Positions 50,151 to 64,000 of a stretch of 64,000 nt of DNA are shown in pieces (position 1 is the stretch's first letter; every line of letters begins with the position of its first letter). This DNA comes from Ginglymostoma cirratum (Eukaryota). The DNA lies in NCBI GenBank assembly GCA_024137785.1, contig JAHRHZ010000139.1, positions 35,828,196 to 35,892,195 of the forward strand, read 5' to 3'. A program made the translations under genes and the position numbers. Below the pieces are notes generated by a model, which saw only the letters and a program-made list of their open reading frames with translations, made no database searches and had not been told where the DNA came from.

Positions 50151-51753
50151 TACAAAAAAGTTGTGTTGGGGTTTTAATGAGATGCAACTGCGTGGAAATA
50201 AGCAAATCACCACTCAAGGGCATGATCCTGAAGTCCCATTACAGTAACATTCTCAACATGAAGAATCTAATTTTTCTCATTCTTGCCCTATTTCTCATAT
50301 GTGTCACCAATGCTCAAGCCACACCACGGAAGCAAAAATTCCATCCAATGTAACTAAACAACTGATGTTATGTACAATGTTTTTGTGACCAAGAATAAGT
50401 CATTCGTTTTTATTTGACCCATCTTCTCCCAAAGGAATTTTTTTTCTGGAATAAGCCTAGGAGTGGGCATACTGTCCCTGGGGAGGGAACAGGATGTGGT
50501 TTGTAAGTCACAGAAGTAAACAAAGTTGGAACTTTTATTCAGCTTGTCATATAATTCCGATACGCTAAAAAATGGCAGAATGGAGAAATGAGTTTCCTGA
50601 CGGTTCTTGAATATACATAAATGGCATAGGTCTTCACTCTCCTCACAAGAGAATTGTAGAAAAAAGCTATTTAACTTAATGCTGTCAGCTAATAATTCCC
50701 TTTGGAAATGCCACCATTCCTGGCAGGGTATCTAGTATGTTCCCTTAATATTGGTTCTCTCACTGCATTGCTTATGAGTTATACCGTTGTGTTACCTATG
50801 ATAATAGTGAAAAATTCAGTAACATGCATTAAATAATAATATCTTGGTCAGTTTACATAATGCCACTGTTCAATGCCGCATCAAAATTGTACTGGTTGGC
50901 ATACATCTTTTCAATAATTTACAGTGATATAAACTAGCAACGTAATATTCAATACTGAGTTTCTCAGAGTCTTAAGTGTTGCATTATTCACACTGAAGAA
51001 TTCAATGATTCAATCTGATTTCTTACATCAGCAACCCAGGCAAACTTTGTTCATCAAAAAAAGCAAAGTCCAAAAAAAGTGTCAAAAAATTAACACAATC
51101 CCATGAAATAGGCTCACAATTACACAAATAAACAGATTTCTTATTTCATGAAGTTTTAAAAAACTTGAATATGGATATATTTTAATTGGTGTCAGGGACA
51201 TTATATGAAAGTCTGAATATATTTTACTCCTACACAATATGAAATGTAATCTTGTTATATGCTGTAAATTATACAAGAGCAAATGATTTCTAGTCTAGTT
51301 GTGTTTTCCATGGTTAGTAATATTTGAAACAGAAATATTTACAATATATAAAATCCAGCGTTGCTACGTAATTAAAGCTCTGTGTCTAGTGTTCAGCTAT
51401 TGGTTGCCTTTGAAAATGTCACGTTTATAAAGCGTCTTACAACCAAATGTTGAAAATTGATGATTAGATGAAAACAAGATACCCAGTCCTTAAAGTGACG
51501 ATCAAATATCATTTCAAAACAATATGAGCTGATAGCAAGCAGCTATTTAGTACAATCTGAGCAATAAATTTGTGATTCACAACTAACAGATACAACATCA
51601 GTCCATCAAATTGCTCAGATAACTTTGCACTGCTTTCCGTTGCCCTATTTCTTCTTTTATCAGGTCAATTTCTAGCTAGAAATAATGTTCATAATAGAAT
51701 CACATTGAAAAATAACATGATTGGGACTTGTTAAAATGTGTCCATTTTACTCA

Positions 51754-51915
<162 letters not shown>

Positions 51916-52639
51916 TCATTAAGCACTTCAGTGTGCGGCTGCATCTGAAACATTAAGCCATGGTTAAAGTCAAATAACGTCAACCCTTATGTTTCAGACT
52001 CTCTGTGCCTTTAGTTTACATCACCATAGGAGATGACATCCTCAAGCAGATTAGATTGCATAGAGAAACAGAATTGTGGAATAAATTTGATGGTATTGGT
52101 TTATGATTTGGACAAGGATCCTACAAACTTCTACTGAACGCACAAATCTAGAAATTCATGTCCAGTCATGTTAAAAATCATTCTTGTCTGTCAGCCTTGG
52201 AAGAGATTGTGTTCATGCCAATAATAGATGTAATATATGATGTATTGATTCCAAGAACATAATTGAATTCTAAAATCCTATTTCCAATTCCATACAAAAC
52301 TACGACCCATATTTTTCTAGGCTGCATTTGGCGATATTGCAACTGCAGAGGGCACACTTCCCATGTATGTACTTGCAGTCCCAGCGATGTCAAAGCTGCA
52401 AATGAGAAAAGAGTTCTGATTATTGAAAAGATTTGTCAAAAAGCAGAAGCATTTCTGTGGAATTTTCTATGGATTAGAGTACTTTATTAGACGCAGTAGA
52501 AGTAATCCAAATGGCAGCCAGGAAACTCTGATTACAAGGTTACACTTTGCTGCCTATTATTTCCCTGAGTGCAACATGTGCTTACACTGTATTAGAATTC
52601 TGCCAACACTCATTGTGGTCGGAGAGTTTTTTGACTGAG

Positions 52640-53340
52640 GTGTTATTTAGTTAGCCTGAAATAATTGATCATCTGTACTGTCAGACAGCCTGGCGATCAG
52701 AACAGCCAGACTTTGCAAAACCGTGCAGCAAGGGCTGAAGACAGAACCACAAGAGCTCCGAGCAGAAATTTCAAACGCCTTGAAGGCAAGTTTTGAAACT
52801 AAATTGAACATAGCACATAAATGTTGTGTGTTCAAACTTACAGTGCAGAGTGAAGATGGGCAGATTGATAGATAGGTGACTGCATGGAATAAGGTTGGAG
52901 AATCCTGTGAAGTCAGGCACCTAAAAGGTGATCGAATCAAAGATAGACATAAATGATCCCCTCCTAATGATCCTGCAATGACAATGAGCTTGTGATCAAC
53001 AGCAAATGCACATACTTGAGAGAAGGGTCTGTTTCCATGTTGTATGAATCTATAACAGATGAGTTTGTCCATAATGTGTAAAAGCAGCCCAAATCTGTGT
53101 AATACTTTGATAAGCAGCACAGACCTGTTCACAATCGTGAAAAGCAGTCTAGATCTTTCAAGTGCAAAAATATGAAAAGCAACAACAAGTATCTGTGGAA
53201 AGTTAGCATAACAGATCAAGGTTAGCAGATAACTTATAGATATCGTGGGGGTCATTCAAAAAAGATGTCCAACATGGAGAAAACAGCATTTTAACTGCAA
53301 GAAGCTAAACCACTTTGCACAGAACTGCAAAGGATATAAA
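52640..53340 (+). mobile_element. Highly decayed Gypsy gag
   Basis: ALKASFETKLNIAHK..FKLTVQSEDGQIDR*VT...ESCEV..LKGDRIKDR and zinc-knuckle remnant RCPTWRKQHFNCKKLNHFAQNCK (about 53255-53335). Confidence 0.6.
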
Positions 53341-54870
53341 CAAAGATATAAACAAGGCTACTAAGCCTGTCGAGATGATTACTCCAGAGAGTCTGACAAG
53401 TCAAACACTGGCGCTACAGAGATGTCAGACAACAATTTTGGACAATTCAATATACGCCTTAAAACAGGTTAGCAACCTCAAATTTGAAGCAGAAAAATAG
53501 CCTGTAACTATTGCAATGGAGGACAGCAGAACAAAAGCAACAACAGAAATGAATTGCCAGAGAGACAAAGTTGCTTCCCACAACATTGAGTTTCGTAGAC
53601 GTGTAAAATTATACCAGATGTCAATCTAGAATGAAACTCTGGAAGGTAAAGCTAAAGCTCTGTGAAGGAATGAGGCTTACCGCAAGAGGAAAAATTAGTC
53701 TACAAGCCCAATGCGATGACAAGACGGATGATCTGGAATTCCAGACAAAGCTAAAGTCAATCATTTCAGCAGAAGCAAGTCAAAAAATTGGACGAGCGAC
53801 CCCAAATATGCCAATAGAGATTTATTATTACTAGGTCACTTTAACTGATGAACAGTAAAATAAACTGCAATAGAGAAAGGGTCCAACTGCGAGACCACAA
53901 AGAAACTTGATGTTGTAGTCGAGAAAATCGAAAGGATTGCCTTGGTGGACACAACTAAACATAACAAAAAGAAAGGGATCAAAGACAACAGTGAAAATCA
54001 GCAGGTTCAGCTCAGAAGATTTCCAAACAAAACCAGACAGGACATCATTCCAAATCGCAGAAGTTGGTAAAAAAAAGTTGCCTTTTGACTGATAAAAAAG
54101 GGGTTGACCGGAATAACAAACAGTCTTGCCAATACAATGTGAACAGTTTGCACAGTGAAACACCTGGGTAATTCACAGTGTGAATGGTGATGCATGCAAA
54201 TTTGATTTCTTTTGATGGAAAGGGTTTTTATGGATTGAAATCACATCAATGTGGTTCCTAGTCATGTGACCTCTGCCAAGAGGCTCTCAATACAAGCAGT
54301 CATCTAACAACCATTTCAATAAACTCACAGTACAAACAAGAGTGTTGCCCTGTGAATTTGCAACAACATTAGAGCGTATACCTCCACAGGCAAATTTGAG
54401 ATCATTGTGAACTTATGGCAACTCCTTAGCTCAGCCCCAGTCAGCTTCCCCTTCTCTGGTGAGTGACCAGGACTTAGGGTTTACTCTATTTTTCTCCAGT
54501 TCTTCTTACGCGACAAAAGGCAGTAGTGGTTTTACTAGTTGTTGTGCTGCTTTAAGCTGTGTAATGAGGGATAAAGTGGATTTGACACTTTTGCGGGTTC
54601 AGCCTGTGGAAAGAGCCTTGGGCTGAAAGTTGCCTGGCAACAGCTTTGGGGTTTTGCTTCCTGTTTCCTACAGACCTGGGAGAGGTGAGGCAGTTGTAAA
54701 AAGACCTCAAAGAAGCCTGCAGCAAAAGACAGCTCTCTTTAGCCTGGAAAAGAAAACCTATTGGTTGTTAAAGAAAATCCTCCAAAGGAACCTGCACCAA
54801 AGATACATCTCTGCCCTGTTGTAAGGGGAGAAAAACCCTCACAGTTGTGTAGGAGTTAACTAGGAAACAA

Positions 54871-54892
54871 TCTCTCTCTCTCTCTCTCTCTC
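54871..54892. repeat. (TC)11 microsatellite, within a probable LTR-like segment (about 54480-55400)
   Basis: Repeat seen directly; the LTR context is a guess from composition and an AATAAA at about 55287. Confidence 0.8.
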
Positions 54893-56236
54893 TTTGAGTA
54901 AAGGACAACACTCAAAAAGATTCTGAAGGACGAATGGTAACTTAGTAAAAGACCTGGGGTCTACCTGACTGGTAATTGGACTGCAGATCTGCAATTGCTC
55001 TGCTGCCGTCAGCAACATGATCATAGTCAATGGAAAGCTAACAATTACTGTAAGAACATCACCTCATTCCACCCTCGTGATTTGGAATCTTGATTTACAG
55101 GACTTTTCCTTTTGTCTGCGTTTCTTTTTCCATCCATATCATTTCTGCAGAGTTGTATATCTTGTCTCTTCCTATCTGTGCTCAATGTATGGCTGTTTGC
55201 TTTTAAATGGGATATAGTTTTAAGTTTGTATAGCAATGATTAATAACCATTTTGCCACTTGTCAAAGAATAAGATCATTCGTAATGAATAAATCTTTTTT
55301 GCTCATTCACGAAACCTGATAGGATTGGCTTGGATAGCAATCAAACAAATTAACCACCTTGGTGACTTAATTGTTCAATTACTCTATTTTTAGCACAATT
55401 AGTAATGCCGGTATAATTTAGTGTACTGCTGCGCTGGAAAATACATCAAAATATTACAGGTTCAAAAACAAATTACACAATGAGAAAGTGTAACCACCAT
55501 GTTAATTCAGAGACAAGGAGTAGATTCCCCAATGTTATGGTGAAGTGGGTCTTCTGTTTACATCTCCTACACCACCTCACCCTACGAGTCAATTGCCCAG
55601 GTTGAGGTCATTTTAGAAACAGAACTTGAAACACCACATGAAAGTCCACCAGTTCAATGGAGGAAAATCATGACAGCACTGCAGAGGCTCCACTACAGAG
55701 GAAGCAATAAGGGGCCCAGGGGACAAAATGGAAAATTTATTTGAAGGCTTCTGCTGATACTAAGACTTATAGAGTTAAGGGTTTGGGGCAGAAGCAGAAT
55801 GACCAGAAGCCTGGAGTGGAGCCATATTAATCTTCAGAAGAATCATGAAGCCAGCCAGCACCCCAGCCCACAGCCACCTTCACATGGAATTCATGGAAAA
55901 CTACAGTAACCATGGTCATTGGCAGAGAAATAGTCTTAAATTGAGACTCTTTCAACCTGTATAACTATTGGCAGGGACAGGGGATTGTTCAGCAGTGGTC
56001 CTGCCAGTCGGGGAGGGAAATTGAAGTCAGGCGATGGTAATTTTGGGCAGGATCATGGAAGTCTAGCACAACCTGTGAGTAATGCCCACGAAGATCATGA
56101 TATGAGTGCATCCCCATACAGTTTTGGACACAATTTTATCTTTGCTTCTTAGTTTCACACATGTACAGCATAGAAGCAATAGAGAAGTAGAAGGTAATCA
56201 GAAGTACAATTATGCAGACTTTTTACCATGAAGTTA

Positions 56237-56404
<168 letters not shown>

Positions 56405-57669
56405 CTATAGTAAAATGAATTATGTTAACTGGATATACATACTCTGCTATGCATTATCATTTCACCACATATTCATTACTTTCTTATTGACATTGATTTT
56501 TAACAAATACATCAAACATTGTCGGGGGAAAAATGCTTTGAACAAAATTGCAACCTTTTTCTGACAAGATTTTACTCACTTGAAATAAAACCTCTTATAA
56601 TCCTGTTCATGCTATTTTCTAAATTAAATTCCAAAGTTTTGACTTACATGTAAGTTAACCACAGTGATAAGAAATATTAAATGTTAAAGTCACCCTAATT
56701 TGCTTGCATGTATCCACCTTTATGCTGTAATGGTCTTAATAACAACATAAATGGCTAATGTTAAACACCAAAAAGAAATGGACGAGACTCAAGTGCAATA
56801 TATAAATTTTTAAAACTTCAAACTGGATCCCAAACTTTCCACTTTTCAACAGGTGGCAGGCCCACTACAGGAAGCAGATTAGTCTAATGAGCTTGAATAG
56901 TCTAATGAGTTTAGAGGCTTCACATTTAACTTCTCTTATGTATTCAATCTCAATGAGTTTTTGAGGTTCCCAAATCTTGGTTCTTTACAACTCTGGGGGT
57001 GGGGTAAAGTTGTGGGCCAGAAAGGGCAAGAATGCGTCTTCCTAGTCCACCAAGTCATCCACTTTCCAAACACTGACCCCTCAACCTCATCATTGAGATA
57101 ACACCTTGTCCAAACTCCATTCAAAACTTCCTCATTTCTGGGATCTGGCCATATCCTCCCCTCTGGAATGGAGAATCAAATCACTTTGGTGTTCCCATCA
57201 CCTCCCAATAACAGGACCCCAAAGAACACTTCCACCAAAGAAGCAACAGGTTAATTATCTTTTGCATGCACCTGAAACCTCCTCAAGGCTATTACTGACA
57301 GAAGAGGCTACCAAGCTTGTAAGTCAGGCTACCACCTAGCTGAGAAAATCGTTGGAAAAAATTGCCCATCTTGGAGTCAAACTTCCACAGCAGTTGGGGA
57401 AACCCAGATTCTAATGTCTCCCAACTAAAGCTGCTTCTCCCACCCACCACACAAACCACTCCTGTCATTATCAGATTTAGAGACTACTTTACCCAGGTCT
57501 GTAAGACTCTAAGGCAGAGTTTGTAAAGTTAGAAATAGAGCTGATAATTGTCAAGTCTAACAGACTCGGGAAACAAGTAGCAGGAATTTGGCTACCCATA
57601 TAGCCCTCTGCCTTTTATGTACATTATTAATTATATACTCTCCTGTTATACTCTTCCCCCATTACATAC

Positions 57670-58870
57670 TGTACATAGAACATAGAACAGTACAGTACAG
57701 CACAGCCCTTTGGCCCACCATGTCTGTGCCGACCGTAATGCCACTCTAAATTAATCCCATCTGCTTGTAGATGGTCTGTACCCCTCTACTCCCTGCTTGT
57801 TCATGTATTTGTCTGAATGCTTCTTAAGCATTACTATTTTATCTGCTTCTACCTCCTCCCCTGGCAGCACATTCCAGGCACTTACAACCTTCTGTGTAAA
57901 AAAACCTTCTCCACCTTACTGTAAACCTATGCCCCCTAGCATTTGACACTTCCACCCTGGGAAAAAGACACCAAGTATCCACCCTATCCATGCCTCTCAT
58001 AATTTTATATAGTTCTATCAGTTCACCCCTCAGCCTCCAACGCTCTACTGTAAACAGTCTAGGTTTGTCCTACTTCTCCTTATAGCTAATACTTTCCAAC
58101 CCAGGCAACATCCTGGTTTTGCAAAGTCTCCACATCCTCCAATAGTGTGGTGAACAGAACTGCACACAGTACTCCAAATGTGGTTTAACTGAAGTTTTAT
58201 ACAGCTGCAATGTGACTGTGCCAACTTTTATACTCAATGCCCCGACCGATGAGGGCAAGCATGTCGTATGCCTCCTTCACCACCTTATCTATTTGTGTTG
58301 CCACTTTCAGGGAGCTCTGGACTTGCATCCAAGATCCCTCTGTCTGTCAATGGTCTAACGGTCATGCCATTTATTGTACATTTTCCTCTCGCATTTGACC
58401 TTCCAAAATGCATCATCTCATGTTTGTCCATAGTAAACTGTGGCTCAATGGTAAGCATTGCTGCCTCACAGCGCCAGGAACTTGGGTTCAATTCCACCCT
58501 TGGAAGACTGTCTGTGTGGCGTTTGCACATTCTCCCCTTGTCTCTGTAGGTTTCCTGCGAGTGCTCCGGTTTCCTCCCACAGTGCAAAGATGTGCATGCT
58601 AGGTGGATAGGCCATGCTAAATTGCCCGTAGTGTTCAGGTATGTGTAGATTAGGTGGGTTGTAGGGGGATGGGTCTGGATGGGATGCTCTGAGGGTCAGT
58701 GTGGACTTGTTGGGCCGAAGGGCCTGTTTCCTCTACAAAGATCTCTGTCAAGGCTCCAGGAATCTCCTTCCTTGTCTCCTTCAGTATCCTGGGATAGATC
58801 CCATCAGGCCCTGGGGGCTTATCTACTTTAATGTTTTTCACTGCCTCCTTCTACATATCGATATTGCCCA
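57670..58870 (-). mobile_element. CR1 LINE fragments (57670-58432 and about 58735-58870)
   Basis: LQLYKTSVKPHLEYCVQFCSPHY; KNIKVDKPPGPDGIYPRILKE. Confidence 0.8.
58438..58735 (+). mobile_element. HE1-type V-SINE
   Basis: gtggctcaatggtaagcattgctgcctcacagcgccagg..gggttcaattcc..gtttgcacattctcccc..ccggtttcctcccacagt. Confidence 0.88.
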
Positions 58871-58899
58871 GAATATCAACATTCCCCAACAATCTTACC

Positions 58900-59170
58900 A
58901 TCATCCATGCACTCCTGTAACCATAATACATGGTCATTACACACCTTACCCATTACATACCCCATTCACTACAGATCACATTCATTAAACACTTTGACCA
59001 TTATACATGATGGCCATTACACAACCTGACTGTTACACCCCTTACCCTTTATGTGCTCTAACCAGTACACATTCTGGCCATTACTGTTTTACCTATTATA
59101 TATCCTGTTCAATACACACTGTGGACAATTGTATGTTCTGATCAATAAACACTCTGAATGTTACACACTA
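58900..59170. repeat. Degenerate ~16-bp tandem repeat (ccattacacaccctga-like); continues at about 60520-60870
   Basis: Recurring cattacac / ctgacc units seen directly. Confidence 0.55.
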
Positions 59171-59459
59171 AGCTGAAGCTTACCTCTTTTTGAGTATGTC
59201 TAAATTGTGTCAATCTTTTTGGACAGATTTCCATTATAGGCCTCATTGTATCTTACCAAACTCACCTCATTAATTACCTACCTCACCCCTATGACTTCTC
59301 CTACATCCAATTTCTGCCCACCTTACCTACGCCATTCCCAGAACAACTGGTCATTTGGCAGATATCCCATCATTCCTTTGGCCCACACCATCTTCAAAAG
59401 GCCATAATGAACCCCGACAAGCACTGGTAGTCTGGAGCAACCCTGCACATTTGCCCTGG

Positions 59460-59680
59460 ACAAGGCAGCCAAGGGGGAATCAGTAAGCTGCTTTGTGGGA
59501 AGGGTCACGGAGGTCCTGCTGGGCAGGGTAATGCAGATACTTGATTTCCTTCCACGCCTACACCCAGCAGTGGAAAACATGACACCACTAAGTGGTAGCC
59601 TGAGTCGAGGCTTCCACACAGTTTAAGGCGATTTGCCCAGAACTGTAGAAAGAAGATCGATGTCCTTCTCTACTCTGTCA
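59460..59680 (+). mobile_element. Harbinger-like Myb/SANT remnant
   Basis: AAKGESVSCFVGRVTEVLLGRVMQ, homologous to the 2.3 kb and 50 kb remnants. Confidence 0.4.
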
Positions 59681-60330
59681 GTGTAAGTACCACCATCTTC
59701 TCTCCGATACCTCACACTCACTCTATCTCTGCTACTGTACCCACCTCCCACCAAGGCTCACACCCTACCTCTCTCTCTATTGCCTGCAACATCTCCACAC
59801 TCACCTGAACCACACCAAACCACAGACACCACTAATCCTGTGTGCGCTCTGTGCTGCCTGCTCACTCACTCGGGACACCGGCACAAACAGAAAAAACTGT
59901 GCCCTCTACTTTCATCTTTGTAATACCTGCTTCTCTCATTCCATGAAGCGGTATGCTACCCATCATTCATGTCACCCCTTATGAGAAGAGAACTCTGACT
60001 CTCACCAAGTAGGGCCTGGACTGTTATTGCAGGCTTCCCTTGACATACTGTGCCAGGACTCCCTGAGAGAAGGCTATGCCCCTTGGCTTGACTGAAGCCT
60101 ACTGACAATTATAACAAGTTTCGTGTGCCAGGCTTTGGTTCTGCGTGAAACAACATGTTAAGACAGCAGTAATGTCAGCCTGATATCTCTGACTGAGGGG
60201 GCCAAGCACACAATGTCAATGCAAGGCAGTATTACTCCCCAGCAATTAGCAATTCACCACTGCCAAGCAAGAGATTGTCTTGCCTTTTACAAAAAACATA
60301 AAAGATGGAGCGAGATGGTCCTAACATTGA

Positions 60331-60457
60331 TAAAAGATACTGCAGATGCTGGAGAATCCGAGATAACAAGAAGGGTTTAGGCCCGAAACGTCAAGTTTTC
60401 CTGCTCCTATGATGCTGCTTGACCTGCTGTGTTCATCCAGCCCCATGCTTGTTATCT
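60331..60457. mobile_element. Asymmetric inverted PLE-end element
   Basis: A minus-oriented 3' end of about 40 bp joined to a plus-oriented 3' end that starts at hammerhead helix II. Perfect 15-bp TSD tggtcctaacattga (60316-60330 / 60458-60472). Confidence 0.88.
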
Positions 60458-61002
60458 TGGTCCTAACATTGAGATAGTTGGAATTCTCATCCTATTCTGC
60501 CACACACCTTGACATAGACTACAATGCTCAGACCCTTATAAGATTCCACCAGTCTGACTATTACAAAATTTGTCCATTTAACACTTTTCCTATTCTATTT
60601 CCTATTTGTCCTCTGTATCCACACCCTGACAATAACACAGCCTGACATCTATGCATTCTAAGTTTAACATGCTCTGACCTCTTACACACTCACTACAGAC
60701 TCTGCCTATTACATTTGACTGTTACACATTCTGACAATTACACCCCCAATCCATTACACACACCAGCCATCACAGATGTGGCAATTACACACTCAGTCAC
60801 CCTGACTGTTGAACACACTGACCTTTACACAACATTTTGCAACCCATCCAGTAGACACTTTGACTGATATTACTTTTCCTTGAAATCAACAATAGGCTAG
60901 AGAGCCCTAATTTATCAAAGTTTAAATTTTTTTCCCAATGTATCTGCACTGACTCTAAATGCTTTGGGCTTGAGTGTACTGTCACCTCTTACATCTGCTT
61001 AC

Positions 61003-61074
61003 CTTTCTTGCTTTGTACTTCTCATCACATAGCAAATCGTCGACCTTCGAGCTAACCCCATCTTCCAGTATTTC
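61003..61074 (-). CDS. DNTT: TdT exon (72 nt; exon 5 equivalent)
   Basis: atgtag|GAAATA...AGAAAG|gtaagc. Translates EILEDGVSSKVDDLLCDEKYKARK, in frame with the flanking exons. Confidence 0.93.
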
Positions 61075-61639
61075 CTACATGAAAAGATGAAATACATTTT
61101 GATACACTTTGTAGTTTTCCATACCTTAGCCCATATAACATATCCCACAGAGACTGGGGTTTTGATAAGACAGCTGTCTTAAAGTTTATTAACAATGCTA
61201 ACTACTTGTACTGCTATGATACAGATATACACATATAATCTGGGTACTGTGTTTTCTAATGTTACTGCATATTATACACACACATACAGCTAACTGACTG
61301 AACACACTCCTTTCATGACATTATGTAGGGAAACTGACTTTTGGAACATCACTTTTCATAATGTCACTTACATGTCTTAAAGGCACAAGCCTGTCTGGTC
61401 TGGAATCTATTCCATAAAATAGTTTGAGGTAAGGTAAGAATGACAGCCCTTGACATCAAGGCCACATTCAACATTATGTTGATAAATATAAATGTTTAAA
61501 TTCATGTTCGCGTTTTAACATCTTGTCTTATTTGAAAATTTTGCCAGAGCAAGTGTCGTGGATGCAGAGCAGAGAGAGGTGGGGCAGAATGATTCAACTA
61601 CTAGTGCAAGTTATCCCCACTCTTAACTTCCTATTCCTC

Positions 61640-62150
61640 ACCTTTCACAGGCTCATATAATTATGACCAAATCATACATCGAAATGGTTGCCTACTAATC
61701 ATCATCACCAGGATCGGCAACTTGTTAGCTTTTAGTTGTAATAATTTTCTAAGGACCCTTTCTCTCTGCTTATAATTGTTTTAAGTACATCTCTGCCGTT
61801 CAACTTTTGATTCACAATTATTTCTGGGATGTTATTTATCTCCTGTACAATGAAGACTGACAGAAAATATTTGTGTAATTCATCTGCCATTTCCCAACAT
61901 TTCAAGATTAATTCCTTAGACTTAATCTCTGGAGAACTATTGCTCACTTTACTTATTCTTGCTTTCTTTTTAAATAACTGTAGAAACTCTTCCTCCCTGT
62001 TTTTATATTTCTAGCTTTTATGTTTTTTTTGTACTGTAATTTCTCCTTCCATAGTATTCTTACAGTCATCATTATCTGTCTTTTATGTTTGGTCTAAACT
62101 TGTGCACTTTTTCTTTCAATTTCTTAGTATCTTTTAACTTCCTTACAGGT
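61640..62150 (-). mobile_element. Decayed CR1 ORF2 fragment
   Basis: EMADELHKYFLSVFIVQE motif. Confidence 0.65.
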
Positions 62151-63101
62151 ATATCTGTTTTAAACTAGTGCCTGCTCTCCACCCTCTTTTAAACTCAGAG
62201 TTAAATTTGCTACTTACACAAACAGCAGTTCTTCCCTCACTGAACCAAATTCCTAAGCACATGACTCTGTGTCAAGCTTCACTCGGTGACAGGTTGATCA
62301 CTTTGTGCTTGCTTACTTCACACACATAGCAAGGCTACATTTGTACAAGCTGAAATTCTACAAAGATGAGTCAGTTCCGCTGACTAGAGAAATTTGTTTA
62401 GACTCGCTACTTAATTGATGAATTGCCTGTACAGTAGGAAGTTTGTATATCCCTTACTAAGACTGAAAGAAGCTTAACTTCAGAGGCAAGCTGTAATGAA
62501 ATGCTAAAAGCAAACCAAGTCCAGAAGAGGGGGGGGGCGCGAGGTGGGTGCAGCGGGGTGCGTGCAGAGCCTTAAAACTGCAGCTACACCATGTGAGTAA
62601 TGTTAGCAAGCACTTCATCACACAAATAGTAGTGGAAATCTAGATTTTTTCCCCCACTAAATAAACTATTGAGCCTGGATAAGTAGCAAACTTCTAAACT
62701 GCTAGTTTTTTTTTAATCTATCAAGGGTGCAAAAGCAAGGCATATAGATGGAGTTAGGTGGAGGTCAGCTATAAGCTAAAGGTGGAGCTTAAAGGTCTAA
62801 TTCTGTCACTATACTCAGCCATTGTAACTTCAGCTAAAATCACATTTACGCATATTTTTCCATCAAATCTCTGTTCAAGTTACATCATTGGAGCCTTGAG
62901 GAAATTTTGGCATGCTTTTCATGCTGAACTTGTCGTATCTAATTTTGGAGGGAAAATGCATATTAACAAGGACATTGTAAGGTTATAGGGCCAATCATCT
63001 CCATTTTATGTGCTTGATTTTAAGAAATGCATAATATGTAATAGTTACTCTGACAAAAATTACAGTCACCAATTTGTAATATCCTCCTCACAGGCTTGTA
63101 C

Positions 63102-63272
63102 CTCAATTATGGCTCTTGTCTGGTCTCCGAAACAGGGTAGTCCATCCAGGGCTGCCATTTTACTTATTGTGTATGGAAGGGACTTTAATAAGGAAGTTGC
63201 TCTTGCAAATGCAACATAGGCGCTTTCATTTTCATTAAACTCAAAATTTTCTGCCAAAATTTCCAGTGCGTC
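63102..63272 (-). CDS. DNTT: TdT exon (171 nt; corresponds to mammalian exon 4, 8-kDa domain)
   Basis: ttttctgcag|GACGCA...ATTGAG|gtacaa. Translates DALEILAENFEFNENESAYVAFARATSLLKSLPYTISKMAALDGLPCFGDQTRAIIE, recognisably TdT (AEN.EF.ENE, LKSLP). Phase 0/0. Confidence 0.95.
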
Positions 63273-64000
63273 CTGCAGAAAACAAAAATTATACTTTGTA
63301 CATCGGCAATGCTACCACGCAAAATACAAAGACACAGAGATTATCTGCAGAGTTACAGCATTTTGAAGTGAGCTGACATTGACTATTATGATTTTCCTAA
63401 AAACAGATCCGAGGTTTTAGGGGAGAAATTGGGCCCATCAGCATTCAGTTCTTTGTGTCCTACAAGTTCCACAGAGCCACATAATGGTCCCTGAAGATGC
63501 ACTGTTTTCAGGCAAGTTGTATTAGAACCAATATTGCTGATGGCGTTAGTCCTCATGTGTTGGACACACATTGCATGTACCTGGAGCAGGCAGATCATGA
63601 CAGTAAAGAACACACAATGCTGCTTTGATGTCAGCACGACCATTTTTAAGGTCAGTGCTCCAGCTCTCACCCTCTCGTAGCCCCAAAATGCTGAAAACTA
63701 ATTTAGCCGCAGAAATGATCCCCACAATAGTTCTATTGAAAGGAATCATTAAATAATTTTACATTACAAGCTGGTTGATATGCTGTTGGTTGCTTTGATT
63801 CCAAAGTGTTTGGTGCTTCCCATGTTTTAAGTCGCAAAAGTCCACAAGGGAGTGATGTGGCAGATGTTGAAAGTGTTTCTACTCTGATTTCAAGGCTCCA
63901 ACACCAGTCAGATTCCCCTGCACATATATGCACCAGCAGGTATCCCATTGGATCAATTGTTGGGAAAACCCATCTGGTTCACTAATGTCCTTTAGGAGAG

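Noticed and set aside
52320-52375. WRYCNCRGHTSHVC, one change from a CCHC zinc knuckle
   Set aside because: Short, next to decayed retroelement sequence, with no supporting ORF. Likely a TE remnant or chance.
52647-53255. 202-aa hydrophobic minus-strand ORF inside DNTT intron 6
   Set aside because: Antisense to a decayed Gypsy gag; no recognisable domain.
63066-63257. ORF-track protein ending ...VQACEEDITNW, and assignment as Pol mu
   Set aside because: The tail is intron read-through past the GT donor at 63101-63100. Residues across the four exons match TdT rather than POLM.

Overview
Eukaryotic, repeat-rich vertebrate DNA. The repeat complement (HE1-type V-SINEs, SacSINE1-like Deu-SINEs, CR1 LINEs, Penelope-like elements) points to a cartilaginous fish, probably a shark. 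The only host gene I can support is terminal deoxynucleotidyl transferase (DNTT/TdT) on the minus strand. Four exons (171, 72, 124 and 133 nt, all GT-AG) lie between 63272 and 51755. I did not find the next exon (GHDVDFL catalytic motif), so positions 1-51754 appear to be one very large intron. That intron is filled with CR1 and RTE LINE fragments, SINEs, decayed Gypsy elements and solo LTRs, Harbinger-like remnants, and three families of Penelope-like retroelements (PLEs). Two structures stand out. (i) Short palindromic inserts made of two inverted PLE 3' ends, carrying minimal hammerhead-ribozyme motifs on opposite strands and flanked by 14-15 bp target-site duplications (TSDs). (ii) A 3.3 kb ORF1-less LINE whose 5' end is a tRNA-derived/Deu-type SINE head; the local SINEs look like internal-deletion derivatives of it. 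All calls were made by eye, and repeat boundaries without a stated TSD are approximate.
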